Part shown: piece after piece, positions 11,487-22,280 of the stretch | How positions within the stretch are numbered: position 1 is the stretch's first letter | Layout of the letters: each line of letters opens with the position of its first letter | Assembly (NCBI GenBank): GCA_030141605.1 | Contig: JAQGDQ010001764.1 | Coordinates: 1-26,324 of the forward strand | Direction of reading: 5' to 3' | Length of the DNA: 26,324 nucleotides | From: Tubiluchus corallicola | Taxonomy: Eukaryota; Animalia; Priapulida | Notes under the pieces: generated by a model | The model's input: the letters and a program-made list of their open reading frames with translations, nothing else | Database searches by the model: none | Told to the model about the DNA's origin: nothing | Made by a program: the position numbers and the translations under genes

Positions 11487-11637
11487 GGTAATAAAGTTAA
11501 AGGAAAAGTCACCACAATTTTTGCCATGAAAATGTTAACGTTAGTGTTAGGGATTAGGATTAGAGTTAGGGTAAAGGTTATTTCGTTTTACCAGTGCCTC
11601 TTTTACCAGTGCCTCTTTTACCTGTGACTTTTTTACC
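11487..11637. repeat. Short element with inverted ends, a degenerate TTAGGG-like tract and 15-bp direct repeats
   Basis: aaaagtcac (11504) and gtgactttt (11624) are inverted. Internal ttagtgttagggattaggattagagttaggg, and ttttaccagtgcctc x2.5. Confidence 0.5.
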
Positions 11638-11880
11638 TGCATTAGTTTTATGATCGTATGTCATTGATGTTGACGTTGCGTGTTGAATGGTTTTGTTAAT
11701 ATTCCCAGTTCATCGTTTCGTACAGAATTCTTCAAGCACAAGACAACCCTTCACTTAGAGAAGGCTCAAAAAAATTCGTCTTAAATGATATACTAGTTTA
11801 AATAAGTACCACTATACCACTTTATACCAGTTGAGCAATACGTAACTTCAATTGTACTTTAGTTTCAGTTACGTATTGCT

Positions 11881-11977
11881 CATAGGAAAAACGTTACAAA
11901 AAATCGGGACCGGTGTTGGTGGTTCCTTATAAGCAAGTGTCCTTTATAAGCGAGTACCTTATAACCAAGGTTGACTG
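11881..11977 (-). mobile_element. Solo terminal fragment of the Tc1/mariner-type MITE family seen at 17527-18090
   Basis: Ends ...ccttataaccaaggttgactg|ta. Reverse complement aligns with 17527-17606 (cagtcaacct...actcgcttataa...ccaacacc-gtcc-gattttt...tttttcctatg). Confidence 0.8.
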
Positions 11978-12107
11978 TATGTTAAAATGTGGGATGCCTA
12001 AATATACCGTCATTTCACTGGTTGTAACATCTTTGTAAATCTGTAGCAGTTACCACCTTTAGTCACCATTTTTAAACCACCCTTTCGTTTTTTTTCTTTT
12101 CTTGCAG

Positions 12108-12265
12108 TTGCTCCTAATTCGATGACGCACACCTACTTTCCCAGCTATCAGAACGGAACCGAAATCGTCGTCGTCGGACGTTTGTCGGACCCGACTTCTG
12201 CGGGACGATTTTTCGGCAAAGTCGAGGGCAAGGGAGCGTATGGAGTGGTCACCTACGTTACCGAG
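12108..12265 (+). CDS. ITIH-like (inter-alpha-trypsin inhibitor heavy chain family) internal exon A: xAPNSMTHTYFPSYQNGTEIVVVGRLSDPTSAGRFFGKVEGKGAYGVVTYVTE
   Basis: Long polypyrimidine tract plus ttgcag| acceptor and gag|gtaacg donor. Matches the post-vWA ITIH motif T..F..Y..GSEIVVAG[KR]L. Enters in phase 1, exits in phase 0. Confidence 0.9.
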
Positions 12266-12731
12266 GTAACGTCCAGCGCATTGTCTTTGTATTTGGGTGA
12301 AACTCTGGTGATTTTGTGGCATGGGGATCGTCTTTTTGTCGCATCGTCAAGTTTTCTTGTATTATCAATTCAATTCAATTGTAATTTATTTATCTCTTTA
12401 TAATACTACAATAAAACATGATTAATGAAAGAGTCGCTAATAAGTTTTGAAGAATGGTTAAAATGTATAGATAGATCTAGAACTAGAGAAAGGATAGCGA
12501 AAAGACTATAAAGTCACCTAGTCTGCTATACATTAGGTATATACTCTTTCATTCCCTAGGTACCGTACCACAATGTTGTTACCTTACTTCAAACGTATAC
12601 CAATTAGGAAATTTGCTCAGTAATTATATTTAAGATTTAAATATGGTTGTACTTTAGATCAAAACGAAAATGTAAAATTAAAAATTAAGAACTCATTTAA
12701 AGATTATGTTTTCAGATATTACAACACTGTA

Positions 12732-13071
12732 CAGTCAACCCTCGTTAAACCGGACTAATTGGGGGGGGTGTCCGGTTTAGCCGATTGTCCGATTTATCCG
12801 ATATGCCTATATATGGTGTATATTATACAGGAATAATCACCTTAATAAGGCCTATATAAATTGCACTATATACTGTACACTATATACTATACTGTATATT
12901 ACTTTAAAATAGTTAACCTGTGAGGATAAAGAAATTATTGTACAGTTGGTAGGCCGTGTTGTGTTTAGCGCTCCGGCTCGGACGGAAATTGCTCAGTTTC
13001 CTTTACCACGGATGACGTCCGTCTTATCCGATATCCGGGCTAACGGGGTTCGGTTTAACGAGGGTCGACTG
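12732..13071. mobile_element. Tc1/mariner (pogo/Tigger-like) MITE, 340 bp
   Basis: 21-bp TIRs cagtcaaccctcgttaaaccg / cggtttaacgagggtcgactg (1 mismatch), with TA on both sides. Confidence 0.92.
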
Positions 13072-13404
13072 TAATTAAATTTAAGATTTAAATATGGTTG
13101 TACTGTAGATCTAAACGAAAATGTAAAATTAAACGTTAAGAACTCATTTAAAGATTATGTTTTAAGATATCTATTATAGCTTCTTACAACACTGTATAAT
13201 CTAATATAATTACAAGGGAACTACAATGTGTGGTTATTATAAAGTTGAATGTCTGTAGATATGTTACTTTACTAACATCGCATTACCTGTTTTACTAACA
13301 TCTTTATCTTTGTAAACTGTATGTTTTTATACGAAATAAACTCATAATAATAATAATTAGTAGATAAGATTAGAGTATGGCATTCTGACCCACAAAATGT
13401 CTAG

Positions 13405-13846
13405 CAGGAGTGTGCAAATTATCTGACTAGCAGGGCCACATTAAACTTTCCGGCAATTCCTGCGGGCCACAGGCAGTTTGATCAAGGAATCAAGTACAGA
13501 AAGGCCTAATAACGATTTTTTTGCATCCGACCTGCGTACATTACAAATTTATATTACAAACCATATATTTCTACTTTCAGGACAGATACTGGTAATTTCA
13601 TTACAATGCATATTAGTAATGTGTATCACACAGTCTGTGTAGTACAGTGACATTAAGCTACAACCGCCGATCTAGTAGAAAAAACTACCAGCACTGTCTT
13701 TGGGATCGTGGCATGGACTTCAGCTGGATACACTCAATTAATCGCCCGGGCCTCACTTTCATTAGGTTGACAAATCTCTTCGCGGGCCGCACAAATTCTC
13801 TCGGCGGGCCGTAAGTGGCCCGCGGGCCGCAATTTGCACACCCCTG
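13405..13846 (-). mobile_element. hAT-type MITE, copy 1 (inverted relative to 21781-22280)
   Basis: TIRs caggagtgtgcaaatt / aatttgcacacccctg, subterminal gcgggccg repeats. The internal sequence is the reverse complement of copy 2. TSD is degenerate. Confidence 0.9.
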
Positions 13847-13898
13847 GTGTAGAGTGTAGACTTGCCTTTATGATTTTTGCGACAATCTATTATTTTAG

Positions 13899-14066
13899 AA
13901 TGAGGTGGACACGGTACCTTCACAACAGACTGGTGAGAGGAAAGGTTTCGTTGAGAGAACCTGGGCCTATCAATGGGTGCAGGAGCTGCTAAATAAGAGA
14001 AACGTTGCACCTGCCGAGGAGGAAAAGCAGAAATTGCACGATCAGGCTTTAGAGGTCTCTCTAAAG
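13899..14066 (+). CDS. ITIH-like exon B: NEVDTVPSQQTGERKGFVERTWAYQWVQELLNKRNVAPAEEEKQKLHDQALEVSLK
   Basis: ttttag| acceptor and aag|gtgcgc donor, phase 0/0. Matches the ITIH motif ERLWAYLTIQQLL...AL.LSLKY. Confidence 0.93.
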
Positions 14067-14824
14067 GTGCGCCTTCGTAACGAGCTAACGTGATTTTGTG
14101 TATTGTGTTGTAAAAGTTTTGAAGCGCGTGCTATAGATGGCGTTGTTTTGCTTGTCTTTTTTGAAGTAGTAGTCGCGATTCAGTTTTCTGCCCTTAGTAC
14201 GAACAAGTGGTCGGTATCATTGGTCTGCGTTTGAATTCTTAGACAGTTTGAGGATTCAATTTTCTGTTAGGGGAGTTGGGAAAGCGATAAGTTGCTGTTT
14301 CGTTTGGCTCTATTGTAGGCCGAGCCAAGCGAAACTGATGAACAGTTACCGCAACGCAGAATAAATTCCTATCTTATCTTTATCCATCTTATCTTATCAA
14401 TAAAAACAAGTAGTATGTATCTTTTGTCTTTGTTTCACGTCCTCTCGTGAATTTTGTGTAGACAAGTCAACTTCTGATGTGTTTCCCTTTTGGAAGCCTG
14501 TCAGAAACTCACCCCGGCGGCGGGAATTGTTACTGTGGTGCTCCGGACAGAGAAAAAGAATGCATACTAAAAATCTCGGTAATTTTTTGTTTCGTATCCA
14601 TGTCAGATCCATGTAGTGAATCCGTGTCAAATGTGAACAGTTTGGACCACCAACTAACTGAAAAGTGATTCCACTTCTGATAGTCTATTATTATTACTAA
14701 AAGAAGTGTGAGGAAGGGACTCGATCTGGATTTGAACCGGAGCCTTTGTATTAATTTTTATTACAAATCCAGGCTTATTCTAGACTCCACGTATGAATAA
14801 ACAAATGATTTTTCGCCGTTTCAG

Positions 14825-14915
14825 TACAACTTTGTCATTCCGGGTCTCACCGCTCTCATCGTCGTGGAGCCGGATCGTGACGAAGTCCGCGGCTTGGAGA
14901 ACCTTGGCGACGAAC
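14825..14915 (+). CDS. ITIH-like exon C: YNFVIPGLTALIVVEPDRDEVRGLENLGDE
   Basis: tttcag| acceptor and aac|gtacgt donor, phase 0/1. Continues SLK|Y and matches the ITIH motif Y.FVTPLTSMVVTKP. Confidence 0.88.
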
Positions 14916-15376
14916 GTACGTTTTTTCATTGTTTTAGTGAATGCAAGCAGTATCTTAGATGCTTTGCTGAATAACTGTCTGTTTGACTGTGTGAATGACC
15001 TTGGTGATGAACGTACGTTTTTTCATTGCTTTAGTGATTGTAATCAGTATCTTGGATGCTTTGCTGAATGACTGTGTGTTTGACTGTGTGAATGACCTTG
15101 GCGACGAACGAACGGTTTTGTCATTGCTTTAGTGATTGTAATCAGTATCTTAGATGATTGGCTGAATGACTGTGTGTTTGACTGTGTGAATGACCTTGGC
15201 AACGAACGTACGGTTTTTTCATTGCTTTAGTGATTGTAATCAGTATCTTAGATGCTTTGCTGCATGACTGTGTGTTTGACTGTGTGAATGACCTTGGTGA
15301 CGAACGTACGTTTTTTTCATTGCCTTAGTGATTGTAATCAGTATCTCAGATGCTTTGCTGCATGACTGTGTGTTTG
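14901..15376. repeat. 97/98-bp tandem repeat, ~4.9 copies, overlapping the 3' end and donor of exon C
   Basis: accttgg unit starts at 14901, 14998, 15095, 15193 and 15291. Confidence 0.95.
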
Positions 15377-16391
15377 CGATAATGTTACAGGACCAGAATT
15401 TCGACGCGAATTTCTGGATGCATTCGCGTAAACGTTCGCGCTAATGCCCATTACCACGAATCCGGTAAGATTCGCGCGTTGGTTTTAACCGAATGTTAGA
15501 AAAATAAAAGAAATGCAGCAAGTCCTTGCCTAAAGACCCTAATATGGGAATCAGCAAAATTCTAAATGGCTCGCAAACTAAATCAGGAAATGTTAGGTCT
15601 CATTCTGAAAAAGATGTCATCGCCGATAGTGATTACTTCTTATAATAAATCACCGTAAGCGAAAATCAGTGTTCGCCGTTTCAATAGCGATAATTCATCG
15701 CAGTTGAACTCTGGAAGTTTCGACTTTGATTTTCTGGTTCTTGTAAAAAAACCTCGGCGGGAATCTGTCTAGATTCTGTCAAAAAGTAACGAAGTTCTGG
15801 CCCTGTGTTTTTGGAGCGGAGTTTTGGAGCAGGTGTGAGATTTGTCACGTTTGAAATTTTGTGACTGAAATTTTGTGTAAAAATGTAGGCTGTACTTTGT
15901 TGCCTAGGCATCTGTCTGCACAGAATAAAGTCAAAATGGATAAAGCTGTAATCAGCAAATGTGGCAGAGAGATAGGCTTGGGCGAGCCTTAGAAACCAAA
16001 TGCTTTTTGGTGTTTAGAGTGAAATATCACGGTCACAAGATCAAAATTGTCAAAAGTTCTGCCTGTTGTGACCTCGCTTGTCTGTTCGTGGGTTCTGCAC
16101 GTTTGTAGCACTCTCTAGTGGTGCGTTTAGACTGGCGAGTTTTTTCTCTGACCGCCCGACTCACAAGTGTGAACTGCTTTGCGAATTACTTTCGCTAAGT
16201 TATTGCAAGTTGCTGTCAGTTGATTTCCTGCGAGTTACTCTCGACACCTCTCGCAGCGACATGAGAACTGAGTGTCAGATCGTGCTTTCTGTCTGAGAGT
16301 AACTCGCAGCAAGTTTTGCTTTCTGGTTTGAACACCGCTTGCGAGTTACTTGGCAAGAAAGCTCGCCAATGTGAACGAGCCATAATTATTA

Positions 16392-16927
16392 CCGTATATA
16401 CTCGCATATAAGCCTACATCGCATCTAAGCCGACCCCCTAAAACTGCTTTAAAATGGCCAGTTTTTGCAAAAACCCGTATATAAGCCGACCATCAACTTG
16501 TCTAATTTTACTCCATAGCCAATCAACAAAATTGATCCCTTTTTGTTACGTTTTCTTTTTTTTCCAGGCATGGTGTATTGCACAAATAATTTTACAACTA
16601 AAATTATCAAAATTCAGCACACTTTTAAATTCTGTGGCCGCGTGCTCACGTTTGCCTCATTGGTTTGCTGTTCCTCTATAACCACGTGACCCTCATCTCC
16701 CCTACCACCACTACTACCACTAGCTTCACGTCGGCTTCACCACTAGCTGTAGCTTGGTTACGGCTCGCAACTGGTGACACACAGTGGTGTATTGCTAAAT
16801 AAAAAGTAGGTGGACGGCTAGTGTCTGTCCTTGTGTTCATTTTGTTTCATGCGCATATACGCAGACTCCCTGATTTCAGTATTGTATTTTATAGTTCTAA
16901 ATTCGGCTTATATGCGAGTATATACGG
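16392..16927. mobile_element. Tc1/mariner (Tc2/pogo-like, CCGTA termini) MITE, 536 bp
   Basis: Perfect 23-bp TIRs ccgtatatactcgcatataagcc / ggcttatatgcgagtatatacgg, with TA on both sides. Confidence 0.93.
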
Positions 16928-17143
16928 TACTTATTATGAGCATATATGTGTTATACATGTTTTTCTCTCTTGTAATTTTAAATTTATGCAATATTGTTGT
17001 ATGAATTTTACGAGCACCGATGCTTGTGTACTTTTTTAGCAGTCATTCTAAAGGATAAATACTGTCATTTTCATTTTCCTCAAAAACACAGTGTCACTCG
17101 CTTATTGTGTGTTTGTTAATGACTTTTTATTTGAACTTTTTAG

Positions 17144-17233
17144 CCGAACACGATAACGAGCGTTACAACACGAGATACGCATCTCCCAAATCCACCGCTG
17201 GGCGGGGACGCGGAGGCGGGCGTGTCCATTCCG
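17144..17233 (+). CDS. Probable ITIH-like linker exon D: (P)EHDNERYNTRYASPKSTAGRGRGGGRVHS
   Basis: tttttag| acceptor and ccg|gtaatt donor, GC-rich. Phase 1/1 bridges exons C and E and gives V-DNDPHF. No conserved motif, as expected for the variable ITIH linker. Confidence 0.65.
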
Positions 17234-17526
17234 GTAATTTGTCGGTCGACTACACTGATTATGTTGACTATTCAGATTATGTCGACTATTCAGATTGGGT
17301 CGTCTACACTGCTTATGTCGAAAGAGCAGATGTTCAACACTTTGTTTACGTAACATGTCTAGCTCTTATCTTTCTCGTTTGTTTTTGAATTTCTTTTTCC
17401 AACTATGTGCAAGTCTTTTGTGTTTTTGAGACGTTTGCGTCGCTTCGTAACTTTTATCTAACGTACTTTGCATAGTACGCCCTACTTCCGTATTTAAAAT
17501 ACCGGGTGTTTTAGTACTTTTAGATA

Positions 17527-18090
17527 CAGTCAACCTCGGGTGTAAGATACTCGCTTATAAGGGACCGCCAACACCAGTCCTGATTTTTCATAATGTTTTT
17601 CCTATGTAAAAATCTTCGTATATAAGGTACTCGGATATAAGGGACTTTCGCTTATAAGTTACTACCAACACCAGACCTGATTTTTCGTAGTGTTTTTCCT
17701 ATGTAAAAACCTTCGTATATAAGGTACTCGGATATAAGAGATTTTCGGTTATAACGGACGATATCTTCAGGTCCCCCATAATAGAAACCCAGGTAAATTA
17801 CCTCGCATATAAGGGATCCTATGATCAAAGCGAAATTGATCGATTTTTAATCTCAATTTTTCGCAAACTCGACCTTCGAACAGTTCGGTTTCCATGGTCA
17901 CATACATTTCGCATCACTGAAGCAGCTTCCTACATACCGTTTGCACTGAATGTGTAGCAATAATCCATAAAAATATGGGTAAAAGTACAGAAAAGTACAG
18001 GACTTGATACACCCTTGGTCTGACTTCACTTCGGATATAAGGGACGGTTTTTTCCAATCCGGAGGTGTTGCTTATATCCAAGGTTGACTG
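17527..18090. mobile_element. Tc1/mariner (pogo/Tigger-like) MITE, 564 bp, with an internal tandem duplication
   Basis: TIRs cagtcaacctcgg / ccaaggttgactg with TA flanks. Subterminal ctcggatataagg repeats. The block ccaacaccag...ttataa is duplicated at ~17568 and ~17665. Confidence 0.9.
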
Positions 18091-18532
18091 TACAACCTAC
18101 TTCCGTGTTTAAAATACCGGGTGTTTCAAAAGTGTCTCATTATTTTTAGATATGCGTTAAATATTATTAGCAGTTGCAGCTGGAACTAAATTTGCTGAGT
18201 CTGTAAATCATGGAAACCTTCCTGATATGAAACTTGGCTTCATAAGTCGACCTGCAGTCATTTTAATTTGTACCTGCATACTGTACCGCACTTTTTTTCT
18301 GCACAGCTGTGCAGTGGTTTTGCACCTCTGCTTTATGGTCAGCATGTTAGCTGAAAAAAATGACTCGAAACTTCAAAATGTAGACTCAAAAATATTCACC
18401 GCTGCTGAGCACATATTTACCGCAAGGTAAACATCAGTGGATGATTCTTGTGTTTTATGCAAGAATAATTATGCACTAAGATGCCTGGGATATAGGCAAA
18501 TGTCATGAACAAAAAAGTGGAGCAATGGAAAA

Positions 18533-18705
<173 letters not shown>

Positions 18706-19235
18706 GGTTCTGTGAGCAGCAGCAATAATAACCTGCTTAAAGCACAAGAAATCCCTCCACTGACATCAAGTTTAAAAAATCTGTCTTGAAATTTTATACC
18801 ATTTACATACTGCCTTTTTGTATGCAGGGCGTAATTCGGCAGTAACGGTGTATAAAACTTGTAAATTTAGACTGCTTCGATGACTATTAAGCTCAGCCAT
18901 TTTAATAGTAGATTGTTTGAAACAAGTTTAGATAACATTGCGTGAAGTTTCACATAATCAGAGCATTCGTAGCACACATATTGCTAACTAAGTAAAATTT
19001 TTAATCGCTGTACCTTGTCAATGAGATTAAAATATGTTTTCGCGTGTATTCGCAAAATTACTCTTGTTGAACGTACTAAAAAAACTATCCATGTTGCATT
19101 TTTATGTGCTTTTGCATGCGTCTATTCATCTAATATTATCTGTTGTCTAATATATTTCTTACGGCGTCTAAAATTGCATGACTATTCTGATGATGTTGTA
19201 CCTGTCAGAGTTGGCATTTTTATTTCTTCCTATTT

Positions 19236-20717
19236 ACCACTGGGCGTCCGTTCCATCCCGTCAACATCGACTACGTCTGCACCACTGCGTGTCTGTTCCA
19301 TTCCGTCAATGTTGACTACGTCTGCACCATTGAGTGTCCGTTCCATCCCGTCAACGTCGACTACGTCTGCACCATTGAGTGTCCGTTCCATCCCGTCAAC
19401 GTCGACTACGTCTGCACCACCGGGCGTCCGTTCCATCCCGTCAATGTCGACTACGTCTGCACCACTGGGCGTCCGTTCCATTCCGTCAATGTTGACTACG
19501 TCTGCACCACTGGGTGTCCATTCCATCCCGTCAACGTCGACTACGTCTGCACCACTGGGTGTCTGTTCCATTCCGTCAATGTTGACTACGTCTGCACCAT
19601 TGAGTGTCCGTTCCATCCCGTCAATGTTGACTACGTCTGCACCATTGAGTGTCCGTTCCATCCCGTCAACATCGACTACGTCTGCACCTCCGGGCGTCCG
19701 TTCCATCCCGTCAACATCGACTACGTCTGCACCTCCGGGCGTCCGTTCCATTCCGTCAATGTTGACTACGTCTGCACCACTGGGTGTCTGTTCCATTCCG
19801 TCAATGTTGACTACGTCTGCACCATTGAGTGTCCGTTCCATCCCGTCAATGTTGACTACGTCTGCACCATTGAGTGTCCGTTCCATCCCGTCAACGTCGA
19901 CTACGTCTGCACCTCCGGGCGTCCGTTCCATCCCGTCAACGTCGACTACGTCTGCACCACTGGGTGTCTGTTCCATTCCGTCAATGTTGACTACGTCTGC
20001 ACCATTGAGTGTCCGTTCCATCCCGTCAATGTTGACTACGTCTGCACCACAGGGCGTCCGTTCCATCCCATCAATGTCGACTACATCTGCACCACTGGGC
20101 GTCCGTTCCATCCCGTCAACGTCGACTACGTCTGCACCACCGGGCGTCCGTTCCATCCCGTCAACGTCGACTACGTCTGCACCACTGGGCGTCCATTCCA
20201 TCCCTTCAACGTCGACTACACGTCTGCACCACTGGGCGTCCGTTCCATCCCGTCAACGTCGACTACGTCTGCACCACTGGGCGTCCATTCCATCCCTTCA
20301 ACGTCGACTACGCCTGCACCACCGGGCGTCCATTCCATCCCGTCAACGTCGACTACGTCTGCACCACTGGGTGTCTGTTCCATTCCGTCAATGTCGACTA
20401 CGTCTGCACCACTGGGTGTCCGTTCCATCCCGTCAACATCGACTACGTCTGCACCACTGGGCGTCCGTTCCATCCCGTCAATGTCGACTACGTCTGCACC
20501 ACTGGGCGTCTGTTCCATTCCGTCAATGTCGACTACGTCTGCACCACTGGGTGTCTGTTCCATTCCGTCAATGTCGACTACGTCTGCACCACTGGGCGTC
20601 CGTTCCATCCCGTCAACGTCGACTACGTCTGCACCACTGGGCGTCCATTCCATCCCTTCAACGTCGACTACGCCTGCACCACTGGGCGTCCGTTCCATCC
20701 CGTCAACGTCGACTACA
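19236..20717. repeat. GC-rich 45-bp minisatellite, ~33 copies
   Basis: Unit ccactgggcgtccgttccatcccgtcaacgtcgactacgtctgca gives 15-aa periodicity in the ORF track. A single 2-bp insertion lies at ~20220. Confidence 0.98.
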
Positions 20718-21055
20718 GCAGTGGTTTGAAATCAATCGACGTAATACGGCCCAACGCAGACGAGACGGTCAAGACGCCTAGTTCTGTTGCTGACCACAGT
20801 GTTGATTTCTGTGTTTATCTAATTATGGTTTTCATTTTTCTGCTGATCTGCTAATGAATTCCTTTTCTGATTTCATGCGTGTCGTTTCACGTTTTTCAAA
20901 ATTTCTGTGCTGCTTTAGAATTTTTATTAATAGAGGTTATATGTTACGTTCTAACTGCTATGTTCAAAAAGTTACTAGAGATGTGCACTTTCTGTTGTCT
21001 ATTTCCTCTATTTCTAAGTTTTTCTGTCTATTGTTTATTAGTGCATGTGCGTGTA

Positions 21056-21612
21056 CAGTGTTCCCTCACTTATCGCGGGTGTTCCGTTCCAGGCCCGCCC
21101 GCGAAAGTGAATTTCCGCGAAGTAGGGCCGCTATGCTTACATGTTTGGGTGGCATCGTACGGCTTGAATAAATTCAGTCTCTAAAGAAAACAAATTGCAC
21201 GGTATCTGAGCCAATCAGAGACTGGGATACAGAGCAGCATTCTCTGGTTGGTCGCTTTCCACCAATCAACCAATCGTGTGTTGTGTACAATCTCACGACG
21301 GCAAGTAGCATCTCACGAGGTAGAAAAGTAGTACATTTCGTTTTTGGTGTGTATTCATCCGCCGAATAAATACACTATTTACTGTGAATGGTAATTTTTT
21401 TATGATTTATAATATTTTATGCAAAATTCATCAAATCTATACACTACTGTACAATACGTACTACGCATGTGCAAAAATACTTTAGACGGAGTACCGCAAA
21501 AATGCGCGAAAAAGCGAAAATACCGCGATAAATATTTTACATTAATATTTTTGAAAACCCGCGAAACAGCGAGTCCGCGATAAACGAACCGCGAAGTAGC
21601 GAGGGAACACTG
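21056..21612. mobile_element. Tc1/mariner (Tigger-like) MITE, 557 bp
   Basis: TIRs cagtgttccctc / gagggaacactg, extending imperfectly to tcgcgg/ccgcga. TA flanks and subterminal ccgcga repeats. Confidence 0.9.
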
Positions 21613-21780
21613 TAATTGATCACTTACATTCTTGGCCCAAAATGGGAGCCTTCTCGACTTTTTTTTGTAATCTGCAGTTCAGATCTTCAAGTAACAAGTT
21701 TTTTGTATTACTGTTTTATTGCTTTGAGACTAGTCGGCTTAAATAGCTATAATATTAACCTTGTGTTGATGCCCGTATGA

Positions 21781-22280
21781 CAGGGGTGTGCAAATTGCGG
21801 CCCGCGGGCCACTTGCGACCCGCCGAGAGATTTTGTGCGGCCCGCGAAGAGGTTTGTCAACCTAATGAATGTGCGGCCCGGGCGATTAATTGAGTGTATC
21901 CAGCTGAAGTCCGTGCCACGATCCCAAAGATAGTCCGGGTAGTTTTTTCTACTAGATCGGATGCCATTAACCCTTACAAGACGGTTGTAGCTAAATGTCA
22001 CTGTACTACACAGACTGTGTGATACACATTACTAATATGCATTGTAATAAAATTACCACTATCTGTCCTGAAAGTAGAAATATATGGTGTGTAATATAAA
22101 TTTCAATAACTTCTAAAATAGTTTCTTGAGTGTAGTAGTAATGATGTACACAGGTCGGATGCAAAAAAATCGTTATTAGGCCTTTCTGTACTTGGCTCCC
22201 TGATCAAACTGCCTGTGGCCCGCAGGAATTGCGGGAAAGTTTAATGTGGCCCTGCTAGTCAGATAATTTGCACACGCCTG
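21781..22280 (+). mobile_element. hAT-type MITE, copy 2, 500 bp
   Basis: TIRs caggggtgtgcaaatt / aatttgcacacgcctg. Perfect 8-bp TSD ccgtatga at 21773-21780 and 22281-22288. Confidence 0.96.

Noticed and set aside
11726-11800. Upstream ITIH exon after tacag|
   Set aside because: All three frames stop quickly, with no ITIH motif and no convincing donor.
15391-15464. Extra ITIH exon (ttacag| ... ccg|gtaaga)
   Set aside because: The splice signals look good, but the phase-1 reading required after exon C hits TAA. Only a phase-2 entry is open, so at most it is a poison cassette.
19230-20698. Minus-strand ORFs (DVVDVDGMERTPSGA)n as a gene
   Set aside because: They are confined to the minisatellite, have no unique flanking coding sequence, and are explained by a stop-free 45-bp unit.
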